Below, one piece after another: positions 50,251 to 61,132 of a DNA stretch of 64,000 nt. The notes beneath the pieces are model-generated. The model searched no databases and was not told where the DNA came from. It saw only the letters and a list, made by a program, of their open reading frames with translations. Each line of letters begins with the position of its first letter. Within the stretch, counting starts at the first letter, position 1. The translations under genes and the position numbers were made by a program. The stretch is from Bacteroidales bacterium (GTDB lineage Bacteria; Bacteroidota; Bacteroidia; Bacteroidales; VadinHA17), in the NCBI GenBank assembly GCA_003142255.1, contig PLLO01000019.1, positions 16,971-80,970 on the forward strand, written 5' to 3'.

Positions 50251-53025
50251 TCAGTTGACCTTGATGCTTACTTCATTTGTATTCAGACCTTTGACCTGTA
50301 CTGTATAATTTTTATCCTTAAGTTTCTGATTAGGGCATGTTACGCTCACAGTAACCGATTCCCCTGGGGCAAGCGTAAAATAGGATCCAGTCCAGTAACT
50401 TGGCAGCACCTCTTCGCCTTTCATCAGAAGCCGTGGCCTGATAAAGAATGCGATTTTGCCTGAATTATTAGTGATCTTGACAGTCCACCGGCTCTCGCTT
50501 TTAAATTTCTCAGATTTCAATATTGTGGTAGTTACAGACGATCCGGATAAACCATTAATAGCTTTGTAATCTCCGTCAGCAGAAAGCCAGTAAACATTAT
50601 GGGAAACAACTGCGCCTGAAGCGTTTTTTAGATTAAGCACTATAAAAGAGAGCCCTTTATAACTTTCAAGATGCGAGGTAAGATCTGTAGTCTCCTTAGT
50701 TTCGGTTGGTCCAAGACTTAAGGACGCATCCTCTTTAAAGAGTGATTTTGATTCTGAATTAAACACTTCTACCTGTGCAGTCAGGGTCGGAGAAGCCGTA
50801 TATTTCCTGTTAATTACAGTAACTTTAAGGTTAATCAGGTTAAGCTGAATATGAAGTGGTTCGCAGGCATTCTGCATAAAGTAATAACCGGCATTAGTCT
50901 GCAGGAACCAGTCATATACCTGCCATACAACGCTTGGGAATGCAGCATTTAGTTTCCATAGCATAACACCGCCGATATCATTAAGCTTATGCCCGGCTGC
51001 TTCAAAGATGCCCTGGTACCCGATAGCATTCATCAGCTGCATTTTATTGCAGAAATCTTCCATTGAAACGGGCTCCCCGTATCTTTTTACCATTTCCTTG
51101 TAATAGAGTTCCCAGTGGCCGTTGCCGGAACAAGCATCATGATAGCCCCAGGAATTGTTAAGCGGGAAAGGCAGTTTGGTATCCCATACAAGATCAGGAA
51201 CAATCTTTGGCAGAATATCCCATGTCACCATTGAGGGAATCCCTGTCTCATCCTTGAACACCCAGTCTCTTCCTGCAATAGCCCTTGTATAATAACTTTT
51301 AGGATCCTGCCATGTATATGGGCCTCCGCTGAAAACACCTCCCGGAAGATTGTCTGGCCATGAAGCCGGAAATCCTTCGGGGAGTCTCGCAAATCCTGAA
51401 GAACATGGAATGAACGGGCGCGTGCCGTCAAGTTCTATTACACTGTTCCTCATGAATTCGTAGAGTTCTTTTCTGGCATGTCCTTCATTGCCTCCTGTCC
51501 AGACAAGAAGGCTCGGATGATTTCGTATCCTGTAGATAGTGCTGGTGACATTATGCTTAAAAACATCACCTTCAATGGGCCAGTCAGGAGATCCTTTAAA
51601 TTCTCCCTGAGTATCGCCTGTAACCCAGTAATCGGACCATACCAGCAAGCCGTAACGGTCAGCTGCATCAAAGAATTCGTCGCATGGTGTCACTCCACCT
51701 CCCCAGATCCTGACAAGGTTCACGTTCCCATTTCGGCAAAGGTGCATTTCATAATCGTAACGGGTCGAGTCGCGGTTAAGCATCATATCCGGAACCCAGG
51801 CTCCGCCGACGATATGAACCCTGTAACCGTTAACATAAAAATCGCGGCGCCATGAGCCGTTTACATTTACGGCTTTTGATGACACTGTCCGTAATCCGAA
51901 CACAAATGATGTGTCGTCTGAAAAGCCGGTAGCTGTCAGGTACTGAAGCCTGACCCTGTACAAATTCGGTTTGCCATGGCCATTAGGCCACCAGAGTGCA
52001 GGTTTAGCTATATTAAATTCTTTTGTATTAGAAGCATTCATGTCAACAACAGCCGGCTTATTGCTGCCGACGTTTACCGGTTTTCTGAAGGTGATAGGCA
52101 AACCCTTGAAGTTTTCAGGAGTCATGGTTACCACAAGAGTCCCGTTTTCGTCGGAATTCGAATGATTCAGCAATGTGACATTTAATGACAATTTAGCTGT
52201 CGAAGTATCGGGAAAGGAAGGAAGCTCTGTAACCATCTTCGGGTGACTGATAGTCACTCCGCCGGAGGTCCGCAGGTAAACAGGGAGCCATATACCGATG
52301 TTGCGGTCCCTTACGGGAGGTATCCAATCCCACCCTACCGAGCATAGCATTGTAACATTTTTACCTATATCGCCGGTAGTGCCTCCGTTAGCATAGAAAT
52401 CACCCAGTGCGTCAAGCTGCTCTGGCGAGGGTAATCCCGGGTAATCGAGAGGATATATCTTTACTGCCAGTGCATTTGTCTCTCCTGCTTTTATGACTTT
52501 AGAGACATCGAGGCTGTATTCTGCGAACATCCCAGCCATCTCTGTAGAATCAGTGATCTGTTTACCATTGACCCAGACAGCAGCCCTGTAATTAATTCCC
52601 TTGAAGATCAGCTGGAAATGTCTTCCTTTGTCGGCTGCCGGCACCTGGAACTGAGTACGGTACCAGTAGGGTTTCTTCCATGGATTCGCATCGTTGGGAA
52701 GATAGCTGTATTGTTCGAGCTTATATTGTTTGTTAAATTCATCCGATGCGTCAGGGATAAGCATATTATTCATCCCCATATATGGATCGGGATATATTTT
52801 ATTTGCGACCAGCCCTGTCAGAACTGTTGATGGCACCGTTACCGGGAACCAGTAAACATCCGGCTTGAAATTAACCAAAGAAATCTCTGAACCCTGGGCT
52901 TTTACCAGTGATGAGGATAGCAGGTTAAAATCTGATAATTTAACCTGTTTTACCTTTCCCGGCTGTGAATGTGCTGAAACAAGAAAAATTGAGAAGATGG
53001 CCGCAATAAAAACTACCTTTTTCAT
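50251..53025 (-). CDS. Glycoside hydrolase family 2 (beta-mannosidase / exo-beta-D-glucosaminidase clade), secreted
   Basis: About 924 aa from MKKVVFIAAIFS (signal peptide). The TIM-barrel region reads NLVRIWGGGVTPCDEFFDAADRYGLLVW...NHPSLLVWTGGNEG (acid/base NE). Multiple Ig-like domains are present. Confidence 0.8.
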   Translation of the reverse strand: MKKVVFIAAIFSIFLVSAHSQPGKVKQVKLSDFNLLSSSLVKAQGSEISLVNFKPDVYWFPVTVPSTVLTGLVANKIYPDPYMGMNNMLIPDASDEFNKQYKLEQYSYLPNDANPWKKPYWYRTQFQVPAADKGRHFQLIFKGINYRAAVWVNGKQITDSTEMAGMFAEYSLDVSKVIKAGETNALAVKIYPLDYPGLPSPEQLDALGDFYANGGTTGDIGKNVTMLCSVGWDWIPPVRDRNIGIWLPVYLRTSGGVTISHPKMVTELPSFPDTSTAKLSLNVTLLNHSNSDENGTLVVTMTPENFKGLPITFRKPVNVGSNKPAVVDMNASNTKEFNIAKPALWWPNGHGKPNLYRVRLQYLTATGFSDDTSFVFGLRTVSSKAVNVNGSWRRDFYVNGYRVHIVGGAWVPDMMLNRDSTRYDYEMHLCRNGNVNLVRIWGGGVTPCDEFFDAADRYGLLVWSDYWVTGDTQGEFKGSPDWPIEGDVFKHNVTSTIYRIRNHPSLLVWTGGNEGHARKELYEFMRNSVIELDGTRPFIPCSSGFARLPEGFPASWPDNLPGGVFSGGPYTWQDPKSYYTRAIAGRDWVFKDETGIPSMVTWDILPKIVPDLVWDTKLPFPLNNSWGYHDACSGNGHWELYYKEMVKRYGEPVSMEDFCNKMQLMNAIGYQGIFEAAGHKLNDIGGVMLWKLNAAFPSVVWQVYDWFLQTNAGYYFMQNACEPLHIQLNLINLKVTVINRKYTASPTLTAQVEVFNSESKSLFKEDASLSLGPTETKETTDLTSHLESYKGLSFIVLNLKNASGAVVSHNVYWLSADGDYKAINGLSGSSVTTTILKSEKFKSESRWTVKITNNSGKIAFFIRPRLLMKGEEVLPSYWTGSYFTLAPGESVTVSVTCPNQKLKDKNYTVQVKGLNTNEVSIKVN

Positions 53026-53102
53026 GTGATTATTATTAAAAATATTGAATAGCAATTTACTTAAAAAATTACAAAAGAGGTTTCTCTTTTATGTTGCAGT
53101 TT

Positions 53103-54014
53103 TTAGCTTGCCTTCTTCCCCCACCAGCAAGGATGGGTAAGAATTTCAATCCTGTCGCCGGGCTTGCTGGACTTTAGCTTCTCGAGGATCCCTGTGAAAC
53201 CGGCGGGGTCATTCCACTTACCTCCTGATTCGGAATAATATTGATCATACCTGATATGGTATGCTTCGTATTCGAGACCGCAATCCTTGAGGCTGTACTT
53301 CCCGACAGGATATTTTATACTGTTATATGTGACGGAATCCCTGGTTGCAAAATCGGAGAACATTTCAAAATTTGAAACATTAAGGTCTCTCGCAATCTGG
53401 GAGCCATGTGCAGCTGAACCGTATACAGGGATGCCCAGTGTAGCATAATGATTTATTTCCTCCAGGGTAAAGATCTTCGGATTGATATTATAGGATATCA
53501 TAAGAGTGAGAAGATCATTATGAATTCCAATCTCTGCTCCCTTATTATAAAGTTCCTTATATACATAGTCCATTTCAGGACGCCGTATAATCTCGCAATT
53601 TGCAACAGTGCCGTAATATTCAGCTGTTGCCAGTACAAAATATGTAGCCCTCAAGTTGAAGAGCTTTTCAATATCAGACATCTCAAGTGCCTTAAACGGA
53701 TGAATATCAATGTCATGTCTAAGTCCGACAACGACCAGGGAACTGTCAAAAGTACTTCGCATTTCATTCAGAGGAAGAACAAGAAATTTCTTGTCCGAGA
53801 GCACAGTTATTAATTCGGTATACTGATCCCATGTAAAAACAGCCCTCCAGTCATTTTCGGCGCGAATCTGCTTTTCAAGTGCTGCATATGGCACAGGATG
53901 ATCATTGATATTTGTATCCTCTACACAAGTGGAAAACAATAGAGTAAATGTCAAAAACAGTACCGCCATTCTTGCTGGGTCATCCGACCATCTATTCAGG
54001 GGTTTTATTAACAT
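53103..54014 (-). CDS. Putative lipoprotein, distant polysaccharide deacetylase (CE4-like) fold candidate
   Basis: 303 aa with a lipobox-like LLFSTC. GLRHDIDIHP, GIHNDL and AAHGS resemble the Asp/His metal-site motifs of deacetylase-like proteins. This is a weak, motif-only call. Confidence 0.4.
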   Translation of the reverse strand: MLIKPLNRWSDDPARMAVLFLTFTLLFSTCVEDTNINDHPVPYAALEKQIRAENDWRAVFTWDQYTELITVLSDKKFLVLPLNEMRSTFDSSLVVVGLRHDIDIHPFKALEMSDIEKLFNLRATYFVLATAEYYGTVANCEIIRRPEMDYVYKELYNKGAEIGIHNDLLTLMISYNINPKIFTLEEINHYATLGIPVYGSAAHGSQIARDLNVSNFEMFSDFATRDSVTYNSIKYPVGKYSLKDCGLEYEAYHIRYDQYYSESGGKWNDPAGFTGILEKLKSSKPGDRIEILTHPCWWGKKAS

Positions 54015-54042
54015 AATATCTCGGGTTCCGTATATTCTCCTG

Positions 54043-56652
54043 CTATTTAAGCAACTTCTTTATATTGTAAAGCTTATTAAGCGCCTCAACCGGAGTAAGA
54101 TTATCAATATCAATCTCAAGTATCTCATCACGTATCTGCTTCAGGACCGGATCGTCAAGCTGAAAAATGCTCAACTGAAGTCCCTCTCTATGCCCGGCAA
54201 TATCTGAAACAGGCTTTGCAAGTTCTTGTTTATCATGACTTTGTTCAAGTTCCTTAAGTATCTCATCTGCTCTTTTTACCACACTCCCCGGCATTCCAGC
54301 CATTCTCGCAACGTGTATCCCGAAGCTGTGCTCGCTTCCTCCCCTTTTCAGCTTGCGCAGGAAAATGACCCTGTTATTCATCTCTTTGATGGAGACGTTG
54401 TAGTTCTTCACCCTCGAAAATGAATTTTCCATTTCATTAAGCTCATGGTAGTGGGTTGCAAAAAGCGTTTTAGCCCTTTTCCTGTTTTCATGAAGATATT
54501 CCACCATAGCCCATGCTATTGAGATACCATCGTAAGTGCTCGTTCCCCTTCCGATTTCATCAAGAAGGACAAGGCTTCTGTCGGACAGGTTATTAAGAAT
54601 GCTGGCTGCTTCGTTCATCTCCACCATAAAAGTAGATTCGCCCAGACTGATATTGTCAGAGGCACCGACCCTGGTAAAAATCTTATCCACCATACCGATC
54701 CTGGCTGCCTTTGCCGGTACAAAACATCCTGTCTGAGCCATCAATACTATGAGGGCTGTTTGCCGGAGTAGTGCCGATTTGCCAGACATGTTTGGTCCGG
54801 TAAGAATTATTATCTGCTGCTCCTCAGTATCAAGAAGCAGGTCGTTAGGAACATATGATTCTCCTGCAGGCAGTTGTTTTTCAATCACAGGATGCCGGCC
54901 GTCAGAAATGTCAAGCACCCTTGAATCATCAAGTATTGGCCTGACGTAATTATTCTCTGCCGACAAAAGAGCAAATGACTGGAGGCAATCGAGCTTTCCG
55001 ACAAGAGTTGAATTCAGCTGGACAGGAGGTATGTATTCGAGCGTCGCAAGTACGAGATCGCCGAAGAGCTTTGTTTCAAGATCTATTATCTTCTCCTCAG
55101 CTCCCAGAATTTTACTTTCATATTCCTTCAGCTCTTCAGTGATATAGCGCTCGGCATTTACAAGGGTCTGTTTCCTGATCCATTCAGGCGGTACCTTATC
55201 CTTATGCGTGTTTCTGACTTCAATATAGTACCCGAAAACATTGTTATAGCTTACCTTGAGCGATGTGATACCTGTTCTGACGCTCTCCCTGTTCTGAAGA
55301 TCGACCAGATAATCTTTCCCGCTATAAAGTATTTTCCGCAGCTCATCAAGTTCCGGAGATACGCCGGTGGCAATTATATTTCCCCTGTTAATCAGAACCG
55401 GCGGGTCGTTGTTAAGGTCGTGTTCTATCCTGTCGGCCAGGATCTTGCAAGGGTTAAGCTGTTCTCCGATCTTCACAAGCGGTGCGCATCCGCTTGTGCT
55501 GCATAAAGTTTTAAGAGGATCGATTGCTTTAAGTGCTCTCTTCAGCTGAATTACTTCCCTGGGGTTGATCCTGTTTACAGCTACCTTGGAAATAAGCCGC
55601 TCAAGGTCGCCAATCTGCCTGATCAGGCCCGCCAATTCATCCCTGAAAGAGCTGTTTTCAATTAGATACTGGACAACATCAAGTCTCTCATTTACCGGCT
55701 GAATGTCTTTTAGAGGAAGTGCGATCCATCTCTTGATAAGCCTTCCGCCCATGGGAGAGATAGTCCGGTCCATGACATCAATAAGCGTTTTTGCACCCTC
55801 ATAGGGCGAATGGAACAGCTCAAGGTTCTTTATGGTGAATTTATCAAGCCAGACATATCTTTCCTCTTCAATGCGCGATAGCCCTGTAATATGTCCAAGT
55901 TGCTCATGTTGAGTAATATCAAGATAGTACAGGGCGGCTCCTGCAGCAATTATTCCATAGGTAAGCCCCTGGACCCCGAAGCCCTTCAGCGAGCTTGTAC
56001 CAAACTGTTTCAGGAGCCGGTCATTGGCCGCATCAGTTGTAAATATCCAGTCGTCAAGCTTGTTAGTATAAAATTTTGTGCCGAAGCATTCAAGGAAAAT
56101 CTCTTTTTTCTTCTTTTCGTAAAGGACTTCTTTGGGCTGAAAGTTATTCAGCATCTGATCTATATATTCTATAGTACCTTCCGAAACAAGGAACTCGCCG
56201 GTGGAAATATCCAGAAATGCCACACCCGCGATTTTTTTATCAATGTGAACTGCTGCCAGAAAATTGTTTTCCTTGTGATTCAGAACATTTTCATTCAGTG
56301 AAACTCCAGGGGTAATAAGCTCAGTGATTCCCCGCTTGACAATCTTCTTGGCAAGCTTCGGGTCTTCCAGCTGCTCACAGATTGCGACACGCTGACCTGC
56401 CCTCACAAGCCTTGGAAGATATGTATCAAGTGCATGGTAAGGAAACCCTGCGAGCTCAACAAATGATGCCGACCCGTTTGCCCTCCTGGTAAGAGTGATC
56501 CCAAGTATCTCGGATGTTCTTATCGCATCCTCTCCAAAAGTCTCATAAAAATCGCCTACCCTGAAAAGCAGGATCGCGTCAGGATGCTTTGCCTTAACGT
56601 TGTAGTACTGCTTCATCAGCGGTGTTTCAACATACTTCTGGTTTTCAGGCAT
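54043..56652 (-). CDS. mutS: DNA mismatch repair protein MutS
   Basis: The N-terminus is [34 protein letters not shown], the Walker A is GPNMSGKS, and [12 protein letters not shown] is present. The ATG at 56652 is preferred over the track's TTG at 56703. Confidence 0.95.
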   Translation of the reverse strand: MPENQKYVETPLMKQYYNVKAKHPDAILLFRVGDFYETFGEDAIRTSEILGITLTRRANGSASFVELAGFPYHALDTYLPRLVRAGQRVAICEQLEDPKLAKKIVKRGITELITPGVSLNENVLNHKENNFLAAVHIDKKIAGVAFLDISTGEFLVSEGTIEYIDQMLNNFQPKEVLYEKKKKEIFLECFGTKFYTNKLDDWIFTTDAANDRLLKQFGTSSLKGFGVQGLTYGIIAAGAALYYLDITQHEQLGHITGLSRIEEERYVWLDKFTIKNLELFHSPYEGAKTLIDVMDRTISPMGGRLIKRWIALPLKDIQPVNERLDVVQYLIENSSFRDELAGLIRQIGDLERLISKVAVNRINPREVIQLKRALKAIDPLKTLCSTSGCAPLVKIGEQLNPCKILADRIEHDLNNDPPVLINRGNIIATGVSPELDELRKILYSGKDYLVDLQNRESVRTGITSLKVSYNNVFGYYIEVRNTHKDKVPPEWIRKQTLVNAERYITEELKEYESKILGAEEKIIDLETKLFGDLVLATLEYIPPVQLNSTLVGKLDCLQSFALLSAENNYVRPILDDSRVLDISDGRHPVIEKQLPAGESYVPNDLLLDTEEQQIIILTGPNMSGKSALLRQTALIVLMAQTGCFVPAKAARIGMVDKIFTRVGASDNISLGESTFMVEMNEAASILNNLSDRSLVLLDEIGRGTSTYDGISIAWAMVEYLHENRKRAKTLFATHYHELNEMENSFSRVKNYNVSIKEMNNRVIFLRKLKRGGSEHSFGIHVARMAGMPGSVVKRADEILKELEQSHDKQELAKPVSDIAGHREGLQLSIFQLDDPVLKQIRDEILEIDIDNLTPVEALNKLYNIKKLLK

Positions 56653-56910
56653 TGGCGTGTTGATGGGGAAATTAGATCGTCGAACAATGTTGATTACCGG
56701 CAAAGATAATCTGCCTTTGATATTATTAATACTTTTTTAAGATATAATTAACTTCTGTCAATTTTTAACAATTCTGTATTTCTCACGCTATTGCCACCTC
56801 CTTTCTGACAACAGACTTCAGAACAAAGAGAGTTGTGAGGCACAGAGAAATATCATGTTTTAAATCGATTTGATTTTTTACCTTTCTTTTTCTTTAAGGC
56901 CTTACTTTAT

Positions 56911-58245
56911 ATGAAAAAAGTTCTCATACTTGGTGCCGGTCTCGTTTCAAAACCGATGGTCGAATACCTTCTGGAAAGAAACTATGAGATCAGGATTGCT
57001 TCTCCGATGAAAGAGAGAGCAGATGATATGATCAGAAACAACCCGAACGGATCTTCAATCGACTGGTCGATGGATGATCAGGAGACTCTGAAGAAGATGA
57101 TTTCAGAATACGACATTACTGTCTCGCTTCTTCCGTACAGGTTCCATTCTGAAGTTGCCGGATTATGCATAAGGTACAAGAAACCATTGGTGACCACTTC
57201 TTATGTTCAGCCTGCAATGAAGCTTCTTGATGAAGCAGCAAAAAAGGCAGGAATCATTCTTCTTAATGAGGTCGGACTCGATCCCGGCGTCGACCATATG
57301 TCGGCTATGAAGGTTATTGACAAGATTCATGCAAATGGCGGAAAAGTCGAGGAGTTTTATTCACTTTGCGGCGCCCTTCCGGCACCTGAATCTGCTGATA
57401 ACCCGCTTGGGTACAAGTTTTCATGGAGTCCTAAAGGTGTGGTCCTCGCAAGCAGAAACAGCGCTCTTTATCTTAAGAAAGGAAGGAGAATCTATATTGA
57501 ACCTTCCGATCTTTTTAAAGACACATTTATTTACAATTTCCCGGGCATCGGCGAGCTTGAGGTTTACCCGAACAGGGATTCAATCAGCTATTCGGAAATT
57601 TATCATATTCCGGAAGTATCTACCATGTACCGCGGAACGCTGAGGTACAAGGGGTGGTGTGAGACCCTGGATGCTATGAAAGGGTTAAACATGCTGGATG
57701 ATACACCGAATAATTACAGCGGGATGAGGTTTTGTGATTTCCTGGCCGAAAGAGCCGGGACCGGCGTTCCCAACCTCAGAAAAGATATCGCCGTGAAACT
57801 CAGCATCAGAGAAGATTCTGCAGCAATGAAAGGACTCGACTGGCTGGGCTTTTTCAGCAATGAAATGATGAATTGCAATGAGACAACACCATTTGAAATC
57901 ACCTCCGATCGTATGATAAGCCTGATGGCTTTAGGTAATTCTGAACGTGATGTGGTTGCTATGCAGCATATTTTCCTGGCCTCATATCCGGGTGGTAAAA
58001 AAGAAGTAATTAAATCGTCTTTGCTTGGTTTCGGATCGACTCAGACCAATACTGCCATTGCAAGAACCGTTGCCCTTCCTGCGGCTATAGCAGTGAAAAT
58101 GATAATTGAAAAGAAGATAGGCCTCACCGGCGTTTACAGGCCTGTTGTTCCTGAAATATATAATCCCGTTCTTAATGAACTGGCGACGCTTGGAATTGAG
58201 ATGAAAGAAGAATGGGGGCTTCCGGAAAGCGAGATGATTTTCTGA
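56911..58245 (+). CDS. Saccharopine dehydrogenase family protein (LYS9-like, NADP/L-glutamate-forming type)
   Basis: 444 aa. The Rossmann start is KKVLILGAGLVSKP, followed by LVTTSYV and NEVGLDPGVDHM. Confidence 0.85.
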   Translation: MKKVLILGAGLVSKPMVEYLLERNYEIRIASPMKERADDMIRNNPNGSSIDWSMDDQETLKKMISEYDITVSLLPYRFHSEVAGLCIRYKKPLVTTSYVQPAMKLLDEAAKKAGIILLNEVGLDPGVDHMSAMKVIDKIHANGGKVEEFYSLCGALPAPESADNPLGYKFSWSPKGVVLASRNSALYLKKGRRIYIEPSDLFKDTFIYNFPGIGELEVYPNRDSISYSEIYHIPEVSTMYRGTLRYKGWCETLDAMKGLNMLDDTPNNYSGMRFCDFLAERAGTGVPNLRKDIAVKLSIREDSAAMKGLDWLGFFSNEMMNCNETTPFEITSDRMISLMALGNSERDVVAMQHIFLASYPGGKKEVIKSSLLGFGSTQTNTAIARTVALPAAIAVKMIIEKKIGLTGVYRPVVPEIYNPVLNELATLGIEMKEEWGLPESEMIF

Positions 58246-58275
58246 GTTTTTCTGCTCAATTAATAACTGCTACTT

Positions 58276-58376
58276 CCTTGGTGTCCCTTTGTGTGGTACT
58301 TTGTGTCACTTTGTGGTAAAAAGAAGAAGAATTAAACACAAAGGTTCACTAAGGATGGCACAAAGGCGCTCAAAGG
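58276..58376. repeat. Modular imperfect palindrome: 4 x C(C/T)TT(T/G)GTG modules, A/G-rich 21-nt spacer, 4 x CA(C/T)(A/T)AAGG-type modules
   Basis: Left-arm modules start at 58277, 58287, 58299 and 58309. Right-arm modules start at 58337, 58347, 58359 and 58369. Module spacing is 10, 12 and 10 nt in both arms. The element lies between convergent genes. Confidence 0.8.
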
Positions 58377-58394
58377 TAAACCTTAGTTACCAAA

Positions 58395-59105
58395 TCATAA
58401 ATTAAGATAGAAATCTTTTGTCAGATTTATATATTCTTCAGTGAAATCATGTCTTATTCCATGTTCAATTGTCAGAAAATTTTCTTTGACTTTTTGCCGT
58501 TGACTCGTGAATGTCAGTATCATCCTTCTTATTTCGCTGGTAGGCAGAGGCTTGATTTTAAGGATATCGTTGCAATAGAATCCGTATGCCTGAGCTTCAG
58601 CAATAAAAACATTCGCTTCTGCATAAGGAAGTATTATCTGAAATTCCCCATCTTCAGAGAGGACCCTCCGGACTCCTTTCAATAAATCATCATTGCCAAG
58701 CAGAAAATTATGCCTTGTTGCTGCTTTTCCCGGATCCGGATTCTTTAGTGAATCGGCAAAATATGGAGGATTCGTTACAATAAGGTCAAATTTATCATCT
58801 CCGGGGAAGAAATTCTGAAGTGAAGTGTTCTCTGCTTTTATACGATCGTTCCATTTGCATCCTTCAATATTAGTACAAGCCTGGCTAAACGATTCCGGGT
58901 CCGGCTCAATTGCAGTAATGATTGCCCCGCACCTCTGGGCAAGCATCAGTGCAATAAGTCCGCTGCCGGTGCCGATATCCAGGATCCTTCCTGCTGACGA
59001 AATATCGGCATAGGCACCGAGCAGTACCCCGTCAGTTCCTACTTTAAAGGTGCATCTGTCCTGGTAAATTGTAAATTGCTTGAAGCTGAAATAATTATTT
59101 GCCAT
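58395..59105 (-). CDS. tRNA1(Val) (adenine37-N6)-methyltransferase (YfiC/TrmN6-like)
   Basis: 236 aa. It carries FSFKQFTIYQDRCTFKVGTDGVLLGAYA, ILDIGTGSGLIALMLAQR and the NPPYF motif. Confidence 0.8.
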   Translation of the reverse strand: MANNYFSFKQFTIYQDRCTFKVGTDGVLLGAYADISSAGRILDIGTGSGLIALMLAQRCGAIITAIEPDPESFSQACTNIEGCKWNDRIKAENTSLQNFFPGDDKFDLIVTNPPYFADSLKNPDPGKAATRHNFLLGNDDLLKGVRRVLSEDGEFQIILPYAEANVFIAEAQAYGFYCNDILKIKPLPTSEIRRMILTFTSQRQKVKENFLTIEHGIRHDFTEEYINLTKDFYLNL

Positions 59106-59113
59106 AAGTCAAT

Positions 59114-59908
59114 TCAGAATTTTTCGTTCACCCCGAGACCAAAGAGTGCAAAATCGTATTTTACCGGGTCAGCCGGGTCAAACTCACGGAGTACTTCCGT
59201 CAGTTCCTCCACTGCCTTCCAGTCATTCATTTTTCTTTTCAGCAGACCCAATCGTCTTGCGGTATTTCCTGTATGAAGGTCAAGGGGAATATACAGCATT
59301 GAAGGATCTATTCGTTTCCAGATTCCAAAATCGACACCGTGGTTGTCCTTTCTGACCATCCATCGCAGGAACATGTTCAGTCTCTTGCCTGCTGCACCGC
59401 CCATGATATCTGCAAAATGTTTTTCATTTCTTTTTTCATGCGGCAGGTCAAAAAACCTTGTGCGAAAATGAGACATTCCATCCTTAAGAGAGCCGCTCTT
59501 TTGCATCCCCTCCAGAAGAAGATCCTCCAGGCTGTCGTAGGAGCTATATAGGTACTTCACTGCAGTCAGGAAATATTTACAATCGGTTCCGTTAAAAGTC
59601 CTGTATATAAAATTTCCGAATCGCTCAATATCTTTTTTATCTGCGCTCATCAGGAATTCAAAAGGAGTGTAACCCATTAAATCCATAAGCTGATTTGCGC
59701 TTCTCAGAAAGAGGTCCCTCCTTCCCCATGAAATTGTTGAAGTAAGGAAGCCTGATATCTCCCTGTCGCGCTGACTTTGAAACATATGTGGTATTGAAAC
59801 AGGGTCAGGGGGGATAAATGAAGTATTATTAAACTGAAGGTATTTTTCTTCGAGAAAGAGCTTCATCTCCCCGGCAGGAATGCCGTTGTATGACCTCTTA
59901 CAACTCAT
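59114..59908 (-). CDS. TIGR02757/DUF2400-like family protein
   Basis: 264 aa. The N-terminal pattern DPVSIPHMF...[16 protein letters not shown] and the position next to a lolD-like gene match my recollection of this family. Confidence 0.55.
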   Translation of the reverse strand: MSCKRSYNGIPAGEMKLFLEEKYLQFNNTSFIPPDPVSIPHMFQSQRDREISGFLTSTISWGRRDLFLRSANQLMDLMGYTPFEFLMSADKKDIERFGNFIYRTFNGTDCKYFLTAVKYLYSSYDSLEDLLLEGMQKSGSLKDGMSHFRTRFFDLPHEKRNEKHFADIMGGAAGKRLNMFLRWMVRKDNHGVDFGIWKRIDPSMLYIPLDLHTGNTARRLGLLKRKMNDWKAVEELTEVLREFDPADPVKYDFALFGLGVNEKF

Positions 59909-60557
59909 TTACAATAAGTCCGTCTTTTATCTGGAAAATGCGATCAGACATGTTCGCCAGCTGCCTGTCGTGAGTAACAATAACTATTGTTTGTCCGAAA
60001 GTATCCCTTAGTTTGAAGAAAAGTTTATGAAGCTCATTTTTGTTTTCCGTATCAAGGTTGCCTGAAGGTTCATCAGCAAGGATGACTGAGGGGTTATTGA
60101 CCAGGGCCCGCGCAACTGCAACCCTCTGCTGCTCTCCGCCGCTAAGCTCGGAAGGCTTATGACCGAGCCTGTCGGAAAGGTTCAGAAATCCAAGCAGTTC
60201 GGCAGCTCTTTTTTCAGCTTCCACCTTGCTCTTTCCAGCAATATATGCAGGAATACAAACATTCTCAAGAGCAGTGAACTCAGGCAGGAGCTGGTGAAAC
60301 TGAAATACGAATCCTATATTACTATTGCGGAAGGAGGCCAGAGATTTTCCCTTAAGATGGCTTACATCAGTATCGTTGTAATGGATTTTGCCGTTATCAG
60401 GCTTATCAAGGGTTCCTATTATGTGAAGAAGCGTAGTTTTACCGGCGCCGCTGGCTCCTACTATTGAAACAACTTCCCTGTCATTAATATCAATATCAAT
60501 CCCCTTGAGCACCTTCAGGTCTCCATAAGCTTTGGTTATTCCCTCTGTTCTGATCAT
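59898..60557 (-). CDS. lolD: ABC transporter ATP-binding protein, LolD-like (lipoprotein-releasing system type)
   Basis: 219 aa. Walker A is GASGAGKTT, the signature is [15 protein letters not shown] and Walker B is [11 protein letters not shown]. It overlaps the downstream gene by 11 nt. Confidence 0.75.
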   Translation of the reverse strand: MIRTEGITKAYGDLKVLKGIDIDINDREVVSIVGASGAGKTTLLHIIGTLDKPDNGKIHYNDTDVSHLKGKSLASFRNSNIGFVFQFHQLLPEFTALENVCIPAYIAGKSKVEAEKRAAELLGFLNLSDRLGHKPSELSGGEQQRVAVARALVNNPSVILADEPSGNLDTENKNELHKLFFKLRDTFGQTIVIVTHDRQLANMSDRIFQIKDGLIVNEL

Positions 60558-60621
60558 AAAAATCTGCTGATAATATTCGGAGTATCTTTACCCGCCTGGC
60601 TACGGGTTTGCCTGATGATGG

Positions 60622-60993
60622 TTAATCGGTATAATCGTATTTATAGGGGTCAGCTTGCTCTTTCACATCATTATTGGTTTCTTTTGGACCCTTATTTTTT
60701 GTTTCCTTTGGAACATCGTTAATGGTGCTCTTTATATTATTGGCTGTCTCATTCACGTCCCTGGTTATATTATCAGAGATATCAGTTACACCGTTCTTAA
60801 TTGAGCTTGCAACATCATTCAGATCGTTTCTGATATCGCTCGTACTGTTTTCAAACTCGCGTTTCAGATCATCCGTTGCCTTTTTAAAATCGCGCATTCC
60901 CTTACCCAGACTCCGTGCCATTTCAGGCATCTTATCTGCACCGAAAAGCACCAGTATGACTACAATAATAACTAAGATCTCTCCTCCACTCAT
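60622..60993 (-). CDS. tatA: Twin-arginine translocase TatA/TatE family subunit with extended acidic/polar C-terminal tail
   Basis: MSGGEILVIIVVILVLFGADKMPEMARSLGKGMRDFKK is the canonical TatA TM plus amphipathic helix. Confidence 0.85.
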   Translation of the reverse strand: MSGGEILVIIVVILVLFGADKMPEMARSLGKGMRDFKKATDDLKREFENSTSDIRNDLNDVASSIKNGVTDISDNITRDVNETANNIKSTINDVPKETKNKGPKETNNDVKEQADPYKYDYTD

Positions 60994-61132
60994 AAAACCT
61001 TCCAGATTAGAGTTGTTTTCCCGGGATGTAAAGTTAGAAAAGTTTAATGATATTCATTATAACAAAGTAGCATCACACAAAAAAAGAGGCTGCATTTAAT
61101 TACAGCCTCTTTCATCTATTTGATAAGAATTC

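Noticed and set aside
56704-56910. Lysine riboswitch or other leader upstream of the saccharopine dehydrogenase gene
   Set aside because: Only a weak hairpin (CTGACAAC...GTTGTGAG) is visible. The region lacks the size and conserved helices I would expect of an L-box.
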